From Chloroflexota bacterium (lineage in GTDB: Bacteria; Chloroflexota; Limnocylindria; Limnocylindrales; CSP1-4), in assembly GCA_044506615.1 (NCBI GenBank), contig JBIQKJ010000005.1:568-64567 (forward strand): a stretch of DNA of 64,000 nt, written 5' to 3'. Positions 53,326 through 64,000 of the stretch are shown piece by piece. The notes under the pieces are model-generated. The model saw only the letters and a program-made list of their open reading frames with translations, was not told the origin of the DNA and did not search any database. Both the position numbers and the translations under genes were made by a program. Position 1 is the first letter of the stretch; every line of letters starts with the position of its first letter.

Positions 53326-54213
53326 ATGACCGTTGAAACGTCCACCTGGGCGACCAAGAAGGGCCTCGCCCAGATGCTCAAGGGCGGCGTCATCATGGAC
53401 GTCGTCACGGCGGAGCAGGCGAAGATCGCCGAGGACGCCGGCGCCGTCGCCGTGATGGCCCTCGAGCGCGTCCCGGCCGACATCCGCGCGGCCGGCGGCG
53501 TCGCCCGCATGAGCGATCCCGCGATGATCGAGGGGATCATGGAGGCCGTCTCGATCCCCGTGATGGCCAAGGCCCGCATCGGGCACTTCGTCGAGGCGCA
53601 GGTGCTCGAGGCGCTCGGCGTCGACTACATCGACGAGTCCGAGGTCCTCACCCCGGCGGACGAGACCAACCACATCGACAAGCACGCCTTCAAGATCCCC
53701 TTCGTGTGCGGCTGCCGGAACCTCGGCGAGGCGCTCCGTCGGATCAACGAGGGCGCCGCGATGATGCGGACCAAGGGTGAGGCCGGCACCGGCAACATCG
53801 TCGAGGCCGTCCGCCAGCTGCGCGACGTCAATGCCGAGATCCGCCGACTCCAGGGCATGCGCGAGGACGAGCTGTTCGTCGCGGCGAAGGACCTCGGGGC
53901 GCCATACGAGCTCGTCAAGGACGTCGCGGCCGCGGGCAGGCTGCCGGTCGTCAACTTCGTCGCGGGCGGCATCAGCACGCCGGCCGACGCCGCGCTCGTG
54001 ATGCAGCTCGGCGCCGAGGGCGTGTTCGTCGGCTCGGGCATCTTCAAGAGCGAGGACCCGGCCCGGATGGCGAACGCGATCGTGCAGGCGACGACCTTCT
54101 TCGACGACCCGAAGAAGATCGCCGAGGTGTCGAAGGGACTCGGGAGCCCGATGCGCGGCATCTCGCTCGAGACGATCCCCGCGGAGGAGCGCCTCGCCGT
54201 TCGCGGCTGGTAG
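53326..54213 (+). CDS. pdxS: Pyridoxal 5'-phosphate synthase lyase subunit
   Basis: [51 protein letters not shown]. Confidence 0.98.
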   Translation: MTVETSTWATKKGLAQMLKGGVIMDVVTAEQAKIAEDAGAVAVMALERVPADIRAAGGVARMSDPAMIEGIMEAVSIPVMAKARIGHFVEAQVLEALGVDYIDESEVLTPADETNHIDKHAFKIPFVCGCRNLGEALRRINEGAAMMRTKGEAGTGNIVEAVRQLRDVNAEIRRLQGMREDELFVAAKDLGAPYELVKDVAAAGRLPVVNFVAGGISTPADAALVMQLGAEGVFVGSGIFKSEDPARMANAIVQATTFFDDPKKIAEVSKGLGSPMRGISLETIPAEERLAVRGW

Positions 54214-54228
54214 AGCCGCCGCGACACC

Positions 54229-54867
54229 ATGAAGATCGGCGTACTGGCCCTGCAGGGGGCCTTCCGAGAGCATCTCCAGACGCTCGACGCGATCGGCGTC
54301 GAGGGGGTTCGCGTGCGCGAGCCGGCGGACCTCGACGGCGTCAGCGGGCTGATCCTGCCCGGCGGCGAGAGCACGACGATGCGCCACCTCGTCGGGCGCT
54401 GGGGCCTGCGGGAGCCGATCCTCGATCTCGCGCGGCGCGGCGCTCCGCTGTTCGGGACGTGCGCCGGGATGATCGTCCTGTCGACCGACATCGAGGGCGG
54501 CGAGGAGCCGGTCCTGCCGCTGCTCGACGTGACCGTCGAGCGCAACGCGTTCGGGCGCCAGCTCGACTCGTTCGAGACCGACCTGTCGGTGCCGGTCCTC
54601 GGGGACACGCCGGTGCACGCGGTCTTCATCCGCGCCCCGATCATCGAGCGCACCGGCCCCGACGTCGACGTCCTCGCCCGGCTCGATGACGGGCGGGTCG
54701 TGGCGGTTCGCCAGCGGAACGTGATCGCCACCTCGTTCCACCCGGAGCTCGCCGGCGAGACCCGCTTCCACCGGCTCGTGGCCACGATGGCCTCGGAGCA
54801 CGAGGATCCCGGCGAGGGATCCGGGCGGCGCCCGCATCCCACGCGCCGGGCGCAGGGCACCCGATGA
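54229..54867 (+). CDS. pdxT: Pyridoxal 5'-phosphate synthase glutaminase subunit
   Basis: GVLALQG, PGGESTT, GTCAG, RNAFGRQ, FIRAP, SFHPE. Confidence 0.97.
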   Translation: MKIGVLALQGAFREHLQTLDAIGVEGVRVREPADLDGVSGLILPGGESTTMRHLVGRWGLREPILDLARRGAPLFGTCAGMIVLSTDIEGGEEPVLPLLDVTVERNAFGRQLDSFETDLSVPVLGDTPVHAVFIRAPIIERTGPDVDVLARLDDGRVVAVRQRNVIATSFHPELAGETRFHRLVATMASEHEDPGEGSGRRPHPTRRAQGTR

Positions 54868-55931
54868 GCGAGTCGCGCACGCCGCGCGCCAGCGGCAAGG
54901 TCCGGATCGCGCGCCTCACCGATCTCGCAGCGCTCGGCGAGCTGTCGCGGCTGTGCCAGTCGGACGGTGACGAGACCCGGTCGCTCGGGCTGCCGGTCAG
55001 CGGCCCGCCCATCGGCGTCTTCAGCCTGTTCCGGCTGCCGCTCGGGGCGTTCCGGCCGCACGACCTCATGTACGTCTACGAGCAGGACGGCCGGATCGCC
55101 GGGCTCGTCCGGGTCGAGCGCGAGACGAGCCGGGACGAGTGGACGATCGTCGAGCTCGATGCGGTCGGCGTGGCCAACGCCGGCGAGATCCGCTACCGGC
55201 TCGTCCAGCAGGTCCTGCGCGAGGGACAGAAGCGCGGCGCGGTCCGATTCCACGTTGCGTGTGCCGACGCCGACGACAACGTCGAGCTGTTCATGCAGGC
55301 CGGGTTCATCCGCTACGGGGACGAGCGGATCCTGTTCCGATCGCACCACACGACACTGCCGAAGCCGTGGACCGACAAGCAGGCGGCCGCCTGCCGGATC
55401 CGCCCGACGACGCAGGTCGACTCGCTCGCGATCGCCCGGCTCTACGGCGCTGCCACCCCGCAGCCCGTGCAACGGCTCGAGGCGGTCCGGCTGGCCGACT
55501 GGGAGCGCCAGGGCGCGCAGGGCCGCGTGCCCCGCTCGAGCCTCGCGCCGATCCTGCGCTTCGCCGACGTCGAGACGTTCGTGCAGGAGAGCGCGGGTGG
55601 CGGCCGTGACGGATCGGGCCTCGACGGGTTCCTCCAGGTCGGCGTCGCCAAGGAGGACCAGCCACACTATTTGAAGGTGATGGCCCGTCCCGATGCGGAC
55701 GTGTCACCTCTCGTCGAGTACGGTCTCGGCATGATTGCGGCCCGGACCGCCCGGGACGGGGGTCACCGCCACGACCACGGAGTCATCGCGCCCGTGCGCA
55801 CGTACGAGTCGCCGATCGATCGGCGGCTGGAGGAGAGTGGCTTCGAGACGATCGCCAGCGTCACGCTCCTGATGAAGGAGACCCTGATCCGGGTTGCCGA
55901 GCCGGCCCTCGTGCCGGCGGGGGTCCGCTAG
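54864..55931 (+). CDS. Hypothetical protein, probable tandem GNAT-like fold
   Basis: Translationally coupled to pdxT; [13 protein letters not shown]..., LFMQAGF, LEESGF patterns. Confidence 0.65.
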   Translation: MSESRTPRASGKVRIARLTDLAALGELSRLCQSDGDETRSLGLPVSGPPIGVFSLFRLPLGAFRPHDLMYVYEQDGRIAGLVRVERETSRDEWTIVELDAVGVANAGEIRYRLVQQVLREGQKRGAVRFHVACADADDNVELFMQAGFIRYGDERILFRSHHTTLPKPWTDKQAAACRIRPTTQVDSLAIARLYGAATPQPVQRLEAVRLADWERQGAQGRVPRSSLAPILRFADVETFVQESAGGGRDGSGLDGFLQVGVAKEDQPHYLKVMARPDADVSPLVEYGLGMIAARTARDGGHRHDHGVIAPVRTYESPIDRRLEESGFETIASVTLLMKETLIRVAEPALVPAGVR

Positions 55932-58006
55932 TGGAGGCCAGCGTGGGACACGACGAACGGCACGGCGAATCGATCGACGATCTCGACGCGCTCCTTGCCG
56001 CGCTGCCGCCGGAGATCGTCGACGCCGTGCATGCCACGCCGGATCGCGAGGAGCTGATCGAGGTCGTCATGGACCTCGGGCGCCGGCCGGAGGCTCGCTA
56101 CCCCAACGGCGAGGTGACGTTGCTCGACCGCGAGATCACCGAGGCCGACATCGCCTTCGTGGTCGACCACATCGGCACCTTCGGCGACGACAACCGGGCG
56201 GGCATCGAGCGCACGCTCCACCGCATCAGCGCGATCCGCAACCGGAACGGCAAGATCGTCGGGCTGACGTGCCGGATCGGTCGGGCCGTGTACGGGACGA
56301 TCGAGATCATCGGCGACTTCGTCGAGACCGGGAAGTCGATCCTGATCATGGGCCGGCCGGGCATCGGCAAGACGACGATGCTGCGCGAGGCGGCCCGGGT
56401 GCTCGCCGACGATCTCGGCAAGCGCGTGGTCGTTGTCGACACCTCGAACGAGATCGCCGGCGACGGCGACATCCCCCATCCCGCGATCGGCAAGGCGCGC
56501 CGGATGCAGGTCCGCACGCCGTCGATGCAGCACGAGGTGATGATCGAGGCGGTCGAGAATCACATGCCGCAGGTCATCGTCATCGACGAGATCGGCACCG
56601 AACTCGAGGCACAGGCCGCGCGCACGATCGCGGAGCGCGGCGTCCAGCTGATCGGCACCGCCCACGGGAACAACCTCGACAACCTCATGCTCAACCCGAC
56701 GCTGTCCGACCTGATCGGCGGGATCCAGAGCGTCACGCTCGGTGACGAGGAGGCACGCCGCCGCCGGACCCAGAAGAGCGTCCTCGAGCGGAAGGCGCCG
56801 CCCACGTTCGACGTCATCGTCGAGATCCAGGATCGCGAGCGCGTCGCCGTGCACGCCGACGTGGCGGAGACCGTCGACGCGATGCTTCGCGGTGACGCGG
56901 TTGCGCCCGAGCTGCGCTGGCGCGACGACGAGGGCGTCCACCGGTCGCAGGGCCGGCCGCGGCCGTCGCCGCGCGAGCAGCTCGGCCCGGACCGCTTCGC
57001 CGGCCTTGTCGGATCGGGCGGCGGCTGGCGCACCGAGCCCGGCTGGCGCGGCCCCGGCGGCGGGTACCGAGAAGCGGAGCGCGCCGGGTTTCGTCCCGGC
57101 TACCGGCCGGGGCAATCCGGCGGGTGGCGGCAGACCCGGGGCACGGGCCGCGAGGACCCGGGCCGGGGAGGCGGAGGCGGCGCGACGCTCCCGGGAGAGC
57201 GATTCGCGACGCCGCCGATAGGCGGGCGGGGACCCTCGGCGCGGATCGACGACGTCGCGTTCGTCGCGGGGGACATCGCCGACCGCGGGCCGCTCGAACG
57301 CGGCGCCGCTGCCGCAACCGCCGTGGAGACGCGAGCACGCGAGGCGCGTGAGCTCGACCGCCAGAAGGCGTGGCGCGACCAGGCGTCGAAGGCGCTCAAC
57401 GCGCTGCGCGCCGAGGAGGGCACCGGGCCCGTCAACGCCGACGAGCTCGAGTCGGACGGTGAGGAGGATCTGCCGCTCGGGGCGGAGGAAGGGCCCCGCG
57501 GCGAGACCGTGCTGGTCCCGGGCGGCGCGCCCCTGCCGACGCTGCGGGTCCTGCCGCAGGGGATCAGCCGCAAGCGGCTCGAGCAGGCGATCCGGGATCT
57601 CCAGCTCCCCGCGGTGATCGCGCGCGATGTCGACGAGGCCGACGTCGTCATGACGCTCAAGAACGAGTACAAGCAGAAGACACCGCTGCTGCGCGAGGCC
57701 GAGGAGCGGGCGATGCCGATCTACGTCCTCAAGAGCAACACGATCCCCCAGATGCAGTCGAGCCTGACCTCGATCTTCTCGCTCGCCACCGACCCGCGGG
57801 AAGCCGCGCTGCGCGAGACCGAGGAGGCGATCGACATGGTGCTCAACTCGTCGGAGGCCGTCGAGCTGTCGCCGCAGAACGCGTTCATCCGCCGGTTGCA
57901 GCACCAGATGGCCGAGCGGGCGAACCTCGTCTCGCGGTCACGCGGCCGGGAGCCGTACCGCCGGGTCCGCCTCTACCCGGACCCCGCCCGGAGCTCCTGG
58001 CGGTGA
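55931..58006 (+). CDS. SpoIIIAA/Ycf45-like AAA ATPase with C-terminal R3H domain
   Basis: [31 protein letters not shown]; R3[14 protein letters not shown]. Confidence 0.92.
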   Translation: MEASVGHDERHGESIDDLDALLAALPPEIVDAVHATPDREELIEVVMDLGRRPEARYPNGEVTLLDREITEADIAFVVDHIGTFGDDNRAGIERTLHRISAIRNRNGKIVGLTCRIGRAVYGTIEIIGDFVETGKSILIMGRPGIGKTTMLREAARVLADDLGKRVVVVDTSNEIAGDGDIPHPAIGKARRMQVRTPSMQHEVMIEAVENHMPQVIVIDEIGTELEAQAARTIAERGVQLIGTAHGNNLDNLMLNPTLSDLIGGIQSVTLGDEEARRRRTQKSVLERKAPPTFDVIVEIQDRERVAVHADVAETVDAMLRGDAVAPELRWRDDEGVHRSQGRPRPSPREQLGPDRFAGLVGSGGGWRTEPGWRGPGGGYREAERAGFRPGYRPGQSGGWRQTRGTGREDPGRGGGGGATLPGERFATPPIGGRGPSARIDDVAFVAGDIADRGPLERGAAAATAVETRAREARELDRQKAWRDQASKALNALRAEEGTGPVNADELESDGEEDLPLGAEEGPRGETVLVPGGAPLPTLRVLPQGISRKRLEQAIRDLQLPAVIARDVDEADVVMTLKNEYKQKTPLLREAEERAMPIYVLKSNTIPQMQSSLTSIFSLATDPREAALRETEEAIDMVLNSSEAVELSPQNAFIRRLQHQMAERANLVSRSRGREPYRRVRLYPDPARSSWR

Positions 58007-58026
58007 TCCCGCCCACCGGCTGACCG

Positions 58027-58758
58027 GTGGAGACCCGTCCCCCGGCGCGGCCCGCATACGGGCTGCGCCGGCTGCTCGCCCGGTTCAGCCAGGCGCTGCT
58101 CGTGTACGGCGGAGCATCGCTCCTCGTGGCCGTCGTCGGGTTCGGCGGCATCATCTGGGCGAGCCTCACCGCCGGCGGTCTGAGCGATCGGATCGCACGC
58201 GAGTCGGCCGAGCTCGCGACCACGCTGCGGCGGACGGCCACGGTCCTCGACGACGCATCCTCGACCGCCGAGTCCTTCGGCCGGACGCTGGCCCAGACGC
58301 CGCCCGGCGTGCGCCAGGCAGCGGCGGCCGTGCGCAACCTGCAGCCGCGGCTCCAGGCGCTCGAGGCGCAGGCCGGCGGGATCAACATCCTCGGGTCCCG
58401 CCCGCTCGCGGGCCTCGGCGAGCTCTTCGGGCGCATGGCCGCCGACCTCGCCGGCCTCGACGCGCAGCTCGATCGGATCGCCGACGAGCTGACCGGCAAC
58501 CAGGCGTCGCTCGAGGAGAACGCGGACTCGCTCGCGGCCCTTGCCGATCGGATGGAGGCCTTCGCGGTGCGGGTCGACGAGGGCCTGATCACCGCGGGCA
58601 TGGGCGAGGTCCGCACGATCCTCATCCTCGTCCTCGTGCTGCTCGTCGTCGGGATGGCGGTGCCGGCGGTCGGGGCGCTGTCGCTCGGCTGGTGGCTGCG
58701 GCGCGAGCTCGGGCTCGGACGGCCGAAGGAGTCGGTGATCGTCGTCGTCGAGCGGTAG
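58027..58758 (+). CDS. Two-TM protein with long periplasmic coiled coil
   Basis: N- and C-terminal TM segments flanking heptad-rich helices. Confidence 0.7.
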   Translation: METRPPARPAYGLRRLLARFSQALLVYGGASLLVAVVGFGGIIWASLTAGGLSDRIARESAELATTLRRTATVLDDASSTAESFGRTLAQTPPGVRQAAAAVRNLQPRLQALEAQAGGINILGSRPLAGLGELFGRMAADLAGLDAQLDRIADELTGNQASLEENADSLAALADRMEAFAVRVDEGLITAGMGEVRTILILVLVLLVVGMAVPAVGALSLGWWLRRELGLGRPKESVIVVVER

Positions 58759-58855
58759 CCGGGTCCGGCAGGCGGGCGGCGGGCTTGTCGGGCGGTGCCG
58801 GCTCGACCACACTGCACGTCCCAGTTGCCGTCACCGATGAGGGGTGTGGACTCGA

Positions 58856-59260
58856 ATGAGCGACACAGCGGATCTCCTGGCCGGTGTGCCCATGTTCGGC
58901 GGGCTCGACCGCAAGCACCTCGAGGCGCTTGCGCGCGACTTCACGCGGCGCACGTTCAAGGCCGGCACCGTCGTCGTTCGCGAGGGTGACGAGCACGGGA
59001 TCGGGTTCTTCGTGATCGAGGACGGCCAGGCGACGGTCAGCGTCGGTGGGAACCAGGTGGCGGACCTCGCACGCGGCGACTCCTTCGGGGAGGTCGCGCT
59101 GATCAGCGACCGGGTCCGCACCGCGACGGTGACGGCGACGAGCGATCTGACCTGCCAGGTCATGACGATGTGGGACTTCCGCGCCTTCGTGCAGGGCGAT
59201 GCCGAGGTGGCGTGGCGGCTCCTCCAGCACGTCGGCGGGATGCTGCACGCGAAGACCTGA
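58856..59260 (+). CDS. Stand-alone cyclic-nucleotide-binding domain protein
   Basis: LAGVPMF, VVREGD, FFVIEDG, GDSFGEVAL...RTATV. Confidence 0.92.
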   Translation: MSDTADLLAGVPMFGGLDRKHLEALARDFTRRTFKAGTVVVREGDEHGIGFFVIEDGQATVSVGGNQVADLARGDSFGEVALISDRVRTATVTATSDLTCQVMTMWDFRAFVQGDAEVAWRLLQHVGGMLHAKT

Positions 59261-59299
59261 TCGTCGCGGCCCCGCGGGATCGGCGGTCGCCGCCCCCGG

Positions 59300-60667
59300 T
59301 CAGTGCTCGGTCGTGCCCGTGAACGTCCAGGCCTCGAGGCGAATCGCCGGCACGACCGCCCCGCCGAGGAACCCCTTCAGCGTCTTGCGCTCGCGCGAGA
59401 CCGCGGCGGCGCCGGCGATCGCGTCGAGGTAGCTCTGCGTGAACCGCAGGTTCCTGACCGGCCCGACGATCCGACCGCCTTCCACGAGGAACGTCCCGTC
59501 GCGGGTCATGCCCGTGACGATCGCGAGCTTCGGGTGGACCGGGTTCGTGTAGTGGAAGCGGGTCACGAGCAGCCCCCGCTCGAGACCCTCGACGAGCTCG
59601 GATCGGGGGGTCGTGCCGGCCGCCATCACCTGGTTCAGCGGGAACGGGCCGTACGGATTCGGCGCGGGGAGCCCGTGCCCGGTCGATGCGACGCCGTCCC
59701 GTGACGCGGTCTGGGCGTCATACACCACGCCGCGGCAGACGCCCGCCTCCAGCAGCGGCACGCGCTGCTTCGGGACGCCCTCGTAGTCGAATGCCATCGG
59801 CAGGCCGGCCGGGTCCCGCCCGTCGTCGACGATCGAGACGAGCTCGCTGCCGATCCGCTTGCCGATCTCGACGAAGCTCCGCTCCTCCTGCACGGCCAGC
59901 GCCGAGAAGCCGAGGTAGCCGAGCATGTCGAGCAGGTCGACGACGGCGTACTCCTCGAGCACGACCGGGTAGTCGCCGGCGTCGACCGCGACCGCGTCCG
60001 CCGTCGCGCGCGCCTTCTGCGCCGCCTCGCGTCCGATCGCGCCCGCGTCGATCGTCGTGGCGTCGACCGCCGCCTGCTCGGCGTAGCCTGTGCCCCCGCC
60101 CGGACCCATCGAGACCGTCAGCAGCTGCGCGACGGTGCGCGTCGCGCCGACCCGGATGCCGCGCGTGTTGGCGACGGCCACGGTCTCGGTGCCGGTCGAG
60201 AACGACCCGAACGCGGTCACCCCGGCCGTGTCGGCAGCCGCGATGACCGCCCGAACGCCCTCGGCGCGCAACTCCGGGGAGGCGTCGGCGGTCGCCGCCG
60301 CGTAGCCCTCCGGAACGCGGGCGGCCGGCGCGGGCTCGGGGAGACCGCCCCAGTCGGGCAGCTCCTCGACGACGCGGGCGATGGCCGCCGCGCTGGCGGC
60401 CAGCCGCCGCAGCCCCTCCTCGTCGATCCGGTCCGACGACGCCACGCCGACCCGCTTGCCGACCACGAAACGGAGGTTGACCGAGATGTTCGTCTCGGCG
60501 ACGTTCTGGTGGATCTGGCTGTTCGCGAACCGGGTCAAGGCCGCGTCGTCGGCCATCACCAGCGCTTCCGCTTCCGTTGCGCCCTCGCGTTCCGCGTGGG
60601 CGAGCGCGCGCTCGGCCAGCGCCAGCGCGACCGCGGCCCGGTCGTCGTTCACGTGCTCGTCGTTCAC
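59300..60667 (-). CDS. pmbA: TldE/PmbA family protein
   Basis: LTRFANSQIHQNV, FDYEGVP, LLVTRFHYTN, TGMTRDG. Confidence 0.9.
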   Translation of the reverse strand: MNDEHVNDDRAAVALALAERALAHAEREGATEAEALVMADDAALTRFANSQIHQNVAETNISVNLRFVVGKRVGVASSDRIDEEGLRRLAASAAAIARVVEELPDWGGLPEPAPAARVPEGYAAATADASPELRAEGVRAVIAAADTAGVTAFGSFSTGTETVAVANTRGIRVGATRTVAQLLTVSMGPGGGTGYAEQAAVDATTIDAGAIGREAAQKARATADAVAVDAGDYPVVLEEYAVVDLLDMLGYLGFSALAVQEERSFVEIGKRIGSELVSIVDDGRDPAGLPMAFDYEGVPKQRVPLLEAGVCRGVVYDAQTASRDGVASTGHGLPAPNPYGPFPLNQVMAAGTTPRSELVEGLERGLLVTRFHYTNPVHPKLAIVTGMTRDGTFLVEGGRIVGPVRNLRFTQSYLDAIAGAAAVSRERKTLKGFLGGAVVPAIRLEAWTFTGTTEH

Positions 60668-60677
60668 GCGCCGGTCC

Positions 60678-62132
60678 CTAGCCCTGCCACTTGCCGACCC
60701 CGACCTGGACGTTCCGGAACCGCGCGCCCGGCACCGCGTGCCCCACGTGCCCGGTCTGCCCCGGCTCGCCCTTGCCGCAGTTCGGCGTGCCCAGCATCAC
60801 GTAGCTCCGGTCGTCACCGACGGCGTCGCACGACCGCCAGAACTCGTAGGTGATGCCCGTGTAGGTCGGGTTCTTGTACAGCCGTCCGAGCTTGCCGCCC
60901 TTGATCTCGTAGGCGACCTCGGTCGCGAACTGGAAGTTGAGCCGCCGGTCGTCGATCGACCAGCTGCGGTTCGATGCGAGGTAGAGGCCGTCGTCGGTGT
61001 CGGCGACGATCTCCTCGAGGCTCCTGCCGGGCTTCGGCAGCAGGTTGATGTTCGTCATCCGGATGAGCGGGATCCGGTTCCAGCCGTCGGCACGCATCGC
61101 CCCGCCGCTCCGCCGGCCGATCCGCGGCGCGGTCTCGCGCGAGCTCAGGTAGCCGACGAAGATGCCCTCCTTCACGAGCGGCACCGCCTGCGCCTCGACG
61201 CCCTCGTCGTCCCACCCGAACGTGCCCATGCCGCCCGGCGCCGTGGCGTCCGCCACGATGTCGATCAGGTCCGAGCCGTACCGGAACCCTTCGTCGAGCT
61301 TGTCGGTCGTCAGGAAGCTGGTGCCGGCATAGCTCGCCTCGGTGCCGAAGACCCGGTCGAGCTCCGTGGGGTGACCGCACGACTCGTGGACCTGGAGGTA
61401 GAGCTGCGACGGGTCGAGGATGATCGTGAACCGGCCCGACGGGCACTGCGGCGCCGAGAGCAGCGCGACCGCCTCCTCGGCGAGGGGTCCGGCGCGCTCG
61501 CGCAGCCCGAGGCCCCGCACGTACTCGTAGCCGGCCGCCTGCCAGCCGCCGCCGGCGTCGGGGTAGCTCCGTCGCTGGTGCTCGTCGCCCTCGACGGCGT
61601 TCGCCTCGACCCCGGAGCCGACGTGGGTGATGGTCTGCTCGGTGTAGCTGCCGTCGCTCGCCGCGAACGTCTTCCACTCGCGCTGCGCCGCGTACATCGA
61701 CTCGGTGAACGCGATGCCCTCGACCCGGGCCGCCGCCTCGTCGGCGGCGAGCAGGTCGGCGATCTTCGTCTCGAGCGGGACCGCGAACGGGTCCTCCTCG
61801 ATCGGCGTCTCGAACCTGCCGTGCGCCGGGGGTCGGTCGTCCAGCTCCACCGGCTCGCGCAGCGCGGTCGCCGACGCCCGAGCGATGCGGACGGCCTCGG
61901 CGGCGATCCGGTCGGCCTCGACCGTCGTGAGGTCGTGGGAGCTCGCGAACCCCCACGCACCGTCGACGAGGACGCGGATGCCGAAGCCCTCGCTCTCGCC
62001 CGACGCGACCCCTTCGACCCGGCCGGACTTGATCGCGATCGACTCGCTGAGGCGGCGCACGACGCGCACGTCCGCGTAGGCGGCGCCGAGGGAGGTCGCG
62101 GTGTCGAGGGCACGGTCGGTGACATCGCGCAT
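60678..62132 (-). CDS. tldD: TldD metalloprotease
   Basis: HESCGHPTELDR metal site, WDDEG, IRMTN, NCGKGEP.Q. Confidence 0.93.
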   Translation of the reverse strand: MRDVTDRALDTATSLGAAYADVRVVRRLSESIAIKSGRVEGVASGESEGFGIRVLVDGAWGFASSHDLTTVEADRIAAEAVRIARASATALREPVELDDRPPAHGRFETPIEEDPFAVPLETKIADLLAADEAAARVEGIAFTESMYAAQREWKTFAASDGSYTEQTITHVGSGVEANAVEGDEHQRRSYPDAGGGWQAAGYEYVRGLGLRERAGPLAEEAVALLSAPQCPSGRFTIILDPSQLYLQVHESCGHPTELDRVFGTEASYAGTSFLTTDKLDEGFRYGSDLIDIVADATAPGGMGTFGWDDEGVEAQAVPLVKEGIFVGYLSSRETAPRIGRRSGGAMRADGWNRIPLIRMTNINLLPKPGRSLEEIVADTDDGLYLASNRSWSIDDRRLNFQFATEVAYEIKGGKLGRLYKNPTYTGITYEFWRSCDAVGDDRSYVMLGTPNCGKGEPGQTGHVGHAVPGARFRNVQVGVGKWQG

Positions 62133-62227
62133 TGGGCGCGAGCCTACCAGAGGCGACCGTGTAGTGCGGCGACCGTGAAGTGCGGCCACCGTGCCGTCGG
62201 GGCCGGTGCCCGTCGTAGACTCGCCCG

Positions 62228-62890
62228 GTGAGTTCGACGAGCGCGACCGGGGATCGCCCGGGCCGGTTCATCACGGTCGAGGGGCCCGAGGGATCCGGCA
62301 AGACCACCCAGGTCGCCCGGCTCGCCGAGCATCTCCGCGGACGCGGCCACGACGTGCTGGTCACCCGCGAGCCGGGTGGGACGCCCCTCGGGGAAGAGCT
62401 GCGCACGCTGCTGCTCGCCCGCCGCTCGCGCAGCGAGCCCATCGATCCGCTCACCGACGCGCTCCTGTTCGAGGCCGCCCGGCGCCAGCTCGTCGAGCAC
62501 GTCGTCCGGCCTGCGCTCGCCGCCGGGATCCTCGTCGTGTGTGCGCGCTTCTCCGACTCGACGCTCGCCTACCAGGGCTACGGCGCAGGGCTGCCGCTCG
62601 AGCTGCTGCGCACGATCGACGCGGCCGCGACCGGCGGCCTCGAACCCGACCTGACGCTGTTGCTCGACGTGCCGGCCGAGGTGGGGCTGGCGCGCAAGGA
62701 CGCCTCCGAGGTGACCCGGTTCGAGGCCGACCACGACCTGGCATTCCACCGCCGCGTGCGCGACGGGTTCCTCGCGCTCGCCGCGGCGGCGCCGGCGCGG
62801 TTCCGGGTGATCGATGCGACCGCGACGCCGGACGCGGTGGCCGACGAGGTCCGGATGGCGGTCGACGGGCTGCTCGCACCGGCGGGCTGA
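62228..62890 (+). CDS. tmk: Thymidylate kinase
   Basis: FITVEGPEGSGKTT, TREPGGT, LLFEAAR, AYQGYG. The usual DR motif reads CARF. Confidence 0.92.
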   Translation: MSSTSATGDRPGRFITVEGPEGSGKTTQVARLAEHLRGRGHDVLVTREPGGTPLGEELRTLLLARRSRSEPIDPLTDALLFEAARRQLVEHVVRPALAAGILVVCARFSDSTLAYQGYGAGLPLELLRTIDAAATGGLEPDLTLLLDVPAEVGLARKDASEVTRFEADHDLAFHRRVRDGFLALAAAAPARFRVIDATATPDAVADEVRMAVDGLLAPAG

Positions 62891-63017
62891 TCGGGGTCGG
62901 CGACGTCGCGCCGGCCTTCGAGGCGTTCGACGCGCCCGGCGACCGCGGCAGGGTTGGGTCGCAAGCCCCCTCCTGCTACGCTCGATCGCGGGGATGAGCG
63001 CCTGAAAGGAGCGCCGG

Positions 63018-63320
63018 ATGAAGGGCGATCGCGTCGAGGCGGTGGTCGACACCGGGCAGGGAACCCAGACGTTCACGATCGAGGCGACCCGGGCCGGGCG
63101 CCGGATCGAGGTGACGACGGCGCGCGGGGTGGTCGAGGTGACCGAGGTGACCCGCGGCGGGACGCCGGTCCGCACCGGCCGGTTCATGGCAAGCAGGCTC
63201 ATCGCGCTCGTCGAGCACCCCGCGCACGAATCGGACGGTGCGCGCGTGGACGTGACGACCCGACGCCGGCTGGGAGCGGGACGCGAGGGTCGCGAGGCCG
63301 AGGGCCGCGAGCGCTCCTAG
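63018..63320 (+). CDS. Small hypothetical protein (100 aa)
   Basis: AAAGGAG RBS; beta-rich sequence. Confidence 0.7.
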   Translation: MKGDRVEAVVDTGQGTQTFTIEATRAGRRIEVTTARGVVEVTEVTRGGTPVRTGRFMASRLIALVEHPAHESDGARVDVTTRRRLGAGREGREAEGRERS

Positions 63321-64000
63321 GTCGGGACCGCCCGGCCGCGGCCGTCCGCCCGTGCTCGCTCGAGCGCGGTCTTCGCGGCCTCGATGAGCGCGTCGGCGTC
63401 GGTGCCGTCGGCCGGGAACTGCGCGACGCCGGCCGACACCGTGATCGGCCGACCGGCGACCGGCGGCAGCGACACGATCCCCTCGAGCACCCGGCGCGCG
63501 ACCGTCATCCCGGCCGAGCCCGGCGCGACGAGCACGAACTCGTCGCCGCCGATCCGCCCCACGGTGTCGACGAGCCGGACGGATTCCGCCAGCACGGCCG
63601 CGACGCGCCGCAGCACGTCGTCGCCGGCAGCGAACCCGCCGTCGCGGTTCGTGGCCTGGAAGTCGTCGACGTCGAACAGGACGATCGAGACGTCGCTGTT
63701 CTGGCGGCCGGCACGCGCGAGCTCGAGCTCGAGGATCCGCGCAACGGTGCGCTCGTTCGCGAGCCCGGTCAGCGGATCGGTGTGGGCCATCCGCTCGAAC
63801 CAATCGGAGCGCTCCGCCGCCGTCGACGCGAGCCGCGCCCGGTCCACGGTCACCGCCAGCAGGTCCGCGAGTGCCGAGACCAGGCTCGAGGTCTCGCGAT
63901 CCGGCGCCGCCCCGCCGGACCAGCGCACGAGCAGCGCGCCGAGCACGAGGTCGACGCCGACCGTCTGGACGCGCAGCGGCACGCACAGCTGGCCGTCGGG
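63317..64000 (-). CDS. GGDEF diguanylate cyclase (5' partial, probably GAF-GGDEF)
   Basis: DPLTGLAN, LFDVDDF, RLVD I-site, GGDEF intact, VSAGVA. The frame stays open to the window edge. Confidence 0.9.
   Translation of the reverse strand, partial: PDGQLCVPLRVQTVGVDLVLGALLVRWSGGAAPDRETSSLVSALADLLAVTVDRARLASTAAERSDWFERMAHTDPLTGLANERTVARILELELARAGRQNSDVSIVLFDVDDFQATNRDGGFAAGDDVLRRVAAVLAESVRLVDTVGRIGGDEFVLVAPGSAGMTVARRVLEGIVSLPPVAGRPITVSAGVAQFPADGTDADALIEAAKTALERARADGRGRAVPT

Overview
This is a very GC-rich bacterial window (roughly 70%+ by eye) with many leaderless-looking genes. Gene content and style suggest Chloroflexota, possibly Ca. Limnocylindria; this is inference only. Left to right it contains: (1) the 5' half of a tRNA followed by a probable group I intron that runs off the left edge; (2) a methyltransferase and a P-type cation ATPase; (3) gdhA flanked by two paralogous Cys-rich mini-proteins, then a GreA-like gene and a wHTH-histidine kinase/OmpR pair; (4) HAD, amidohydrolase and small genes; (5) three tandem, separately terminated TadE(+PKD/PASTA)-TadE-TadG minor-pilin cassettes with no pilus motor genes; (6) a second two-component system and a ~1,600-aa Ig/PKD/PxKF surface protein; (7) an XRE-HTH/PD-(D/E)xK nuclease gene bracketed by three 115-bp hairpin repeats, the best candidate for an undescribed element; (8) a glucosylglycerate-type operon (GT2, USP-GpgS, GNAT, glycerate kinase, EndoIII); (9) a small atypical islet and a catalytically dead DNA-ligase domain; (10) MFS, galE, TPR, CCA enzyme and HNH; (11) a leucine-catabolism (liu) cluster whose biotin carboxylase carries an N-terminal excisionase/BldC-like HTH; (12) a GbsR regulator, pdxST, an R3H-AAA protein, tldDE, tmk and a partial GGDEF gene. 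No rRNA, CRISPR array or recognisable transposase was seen. Family assignments come from recognising motifs in the translations; no database search was run.
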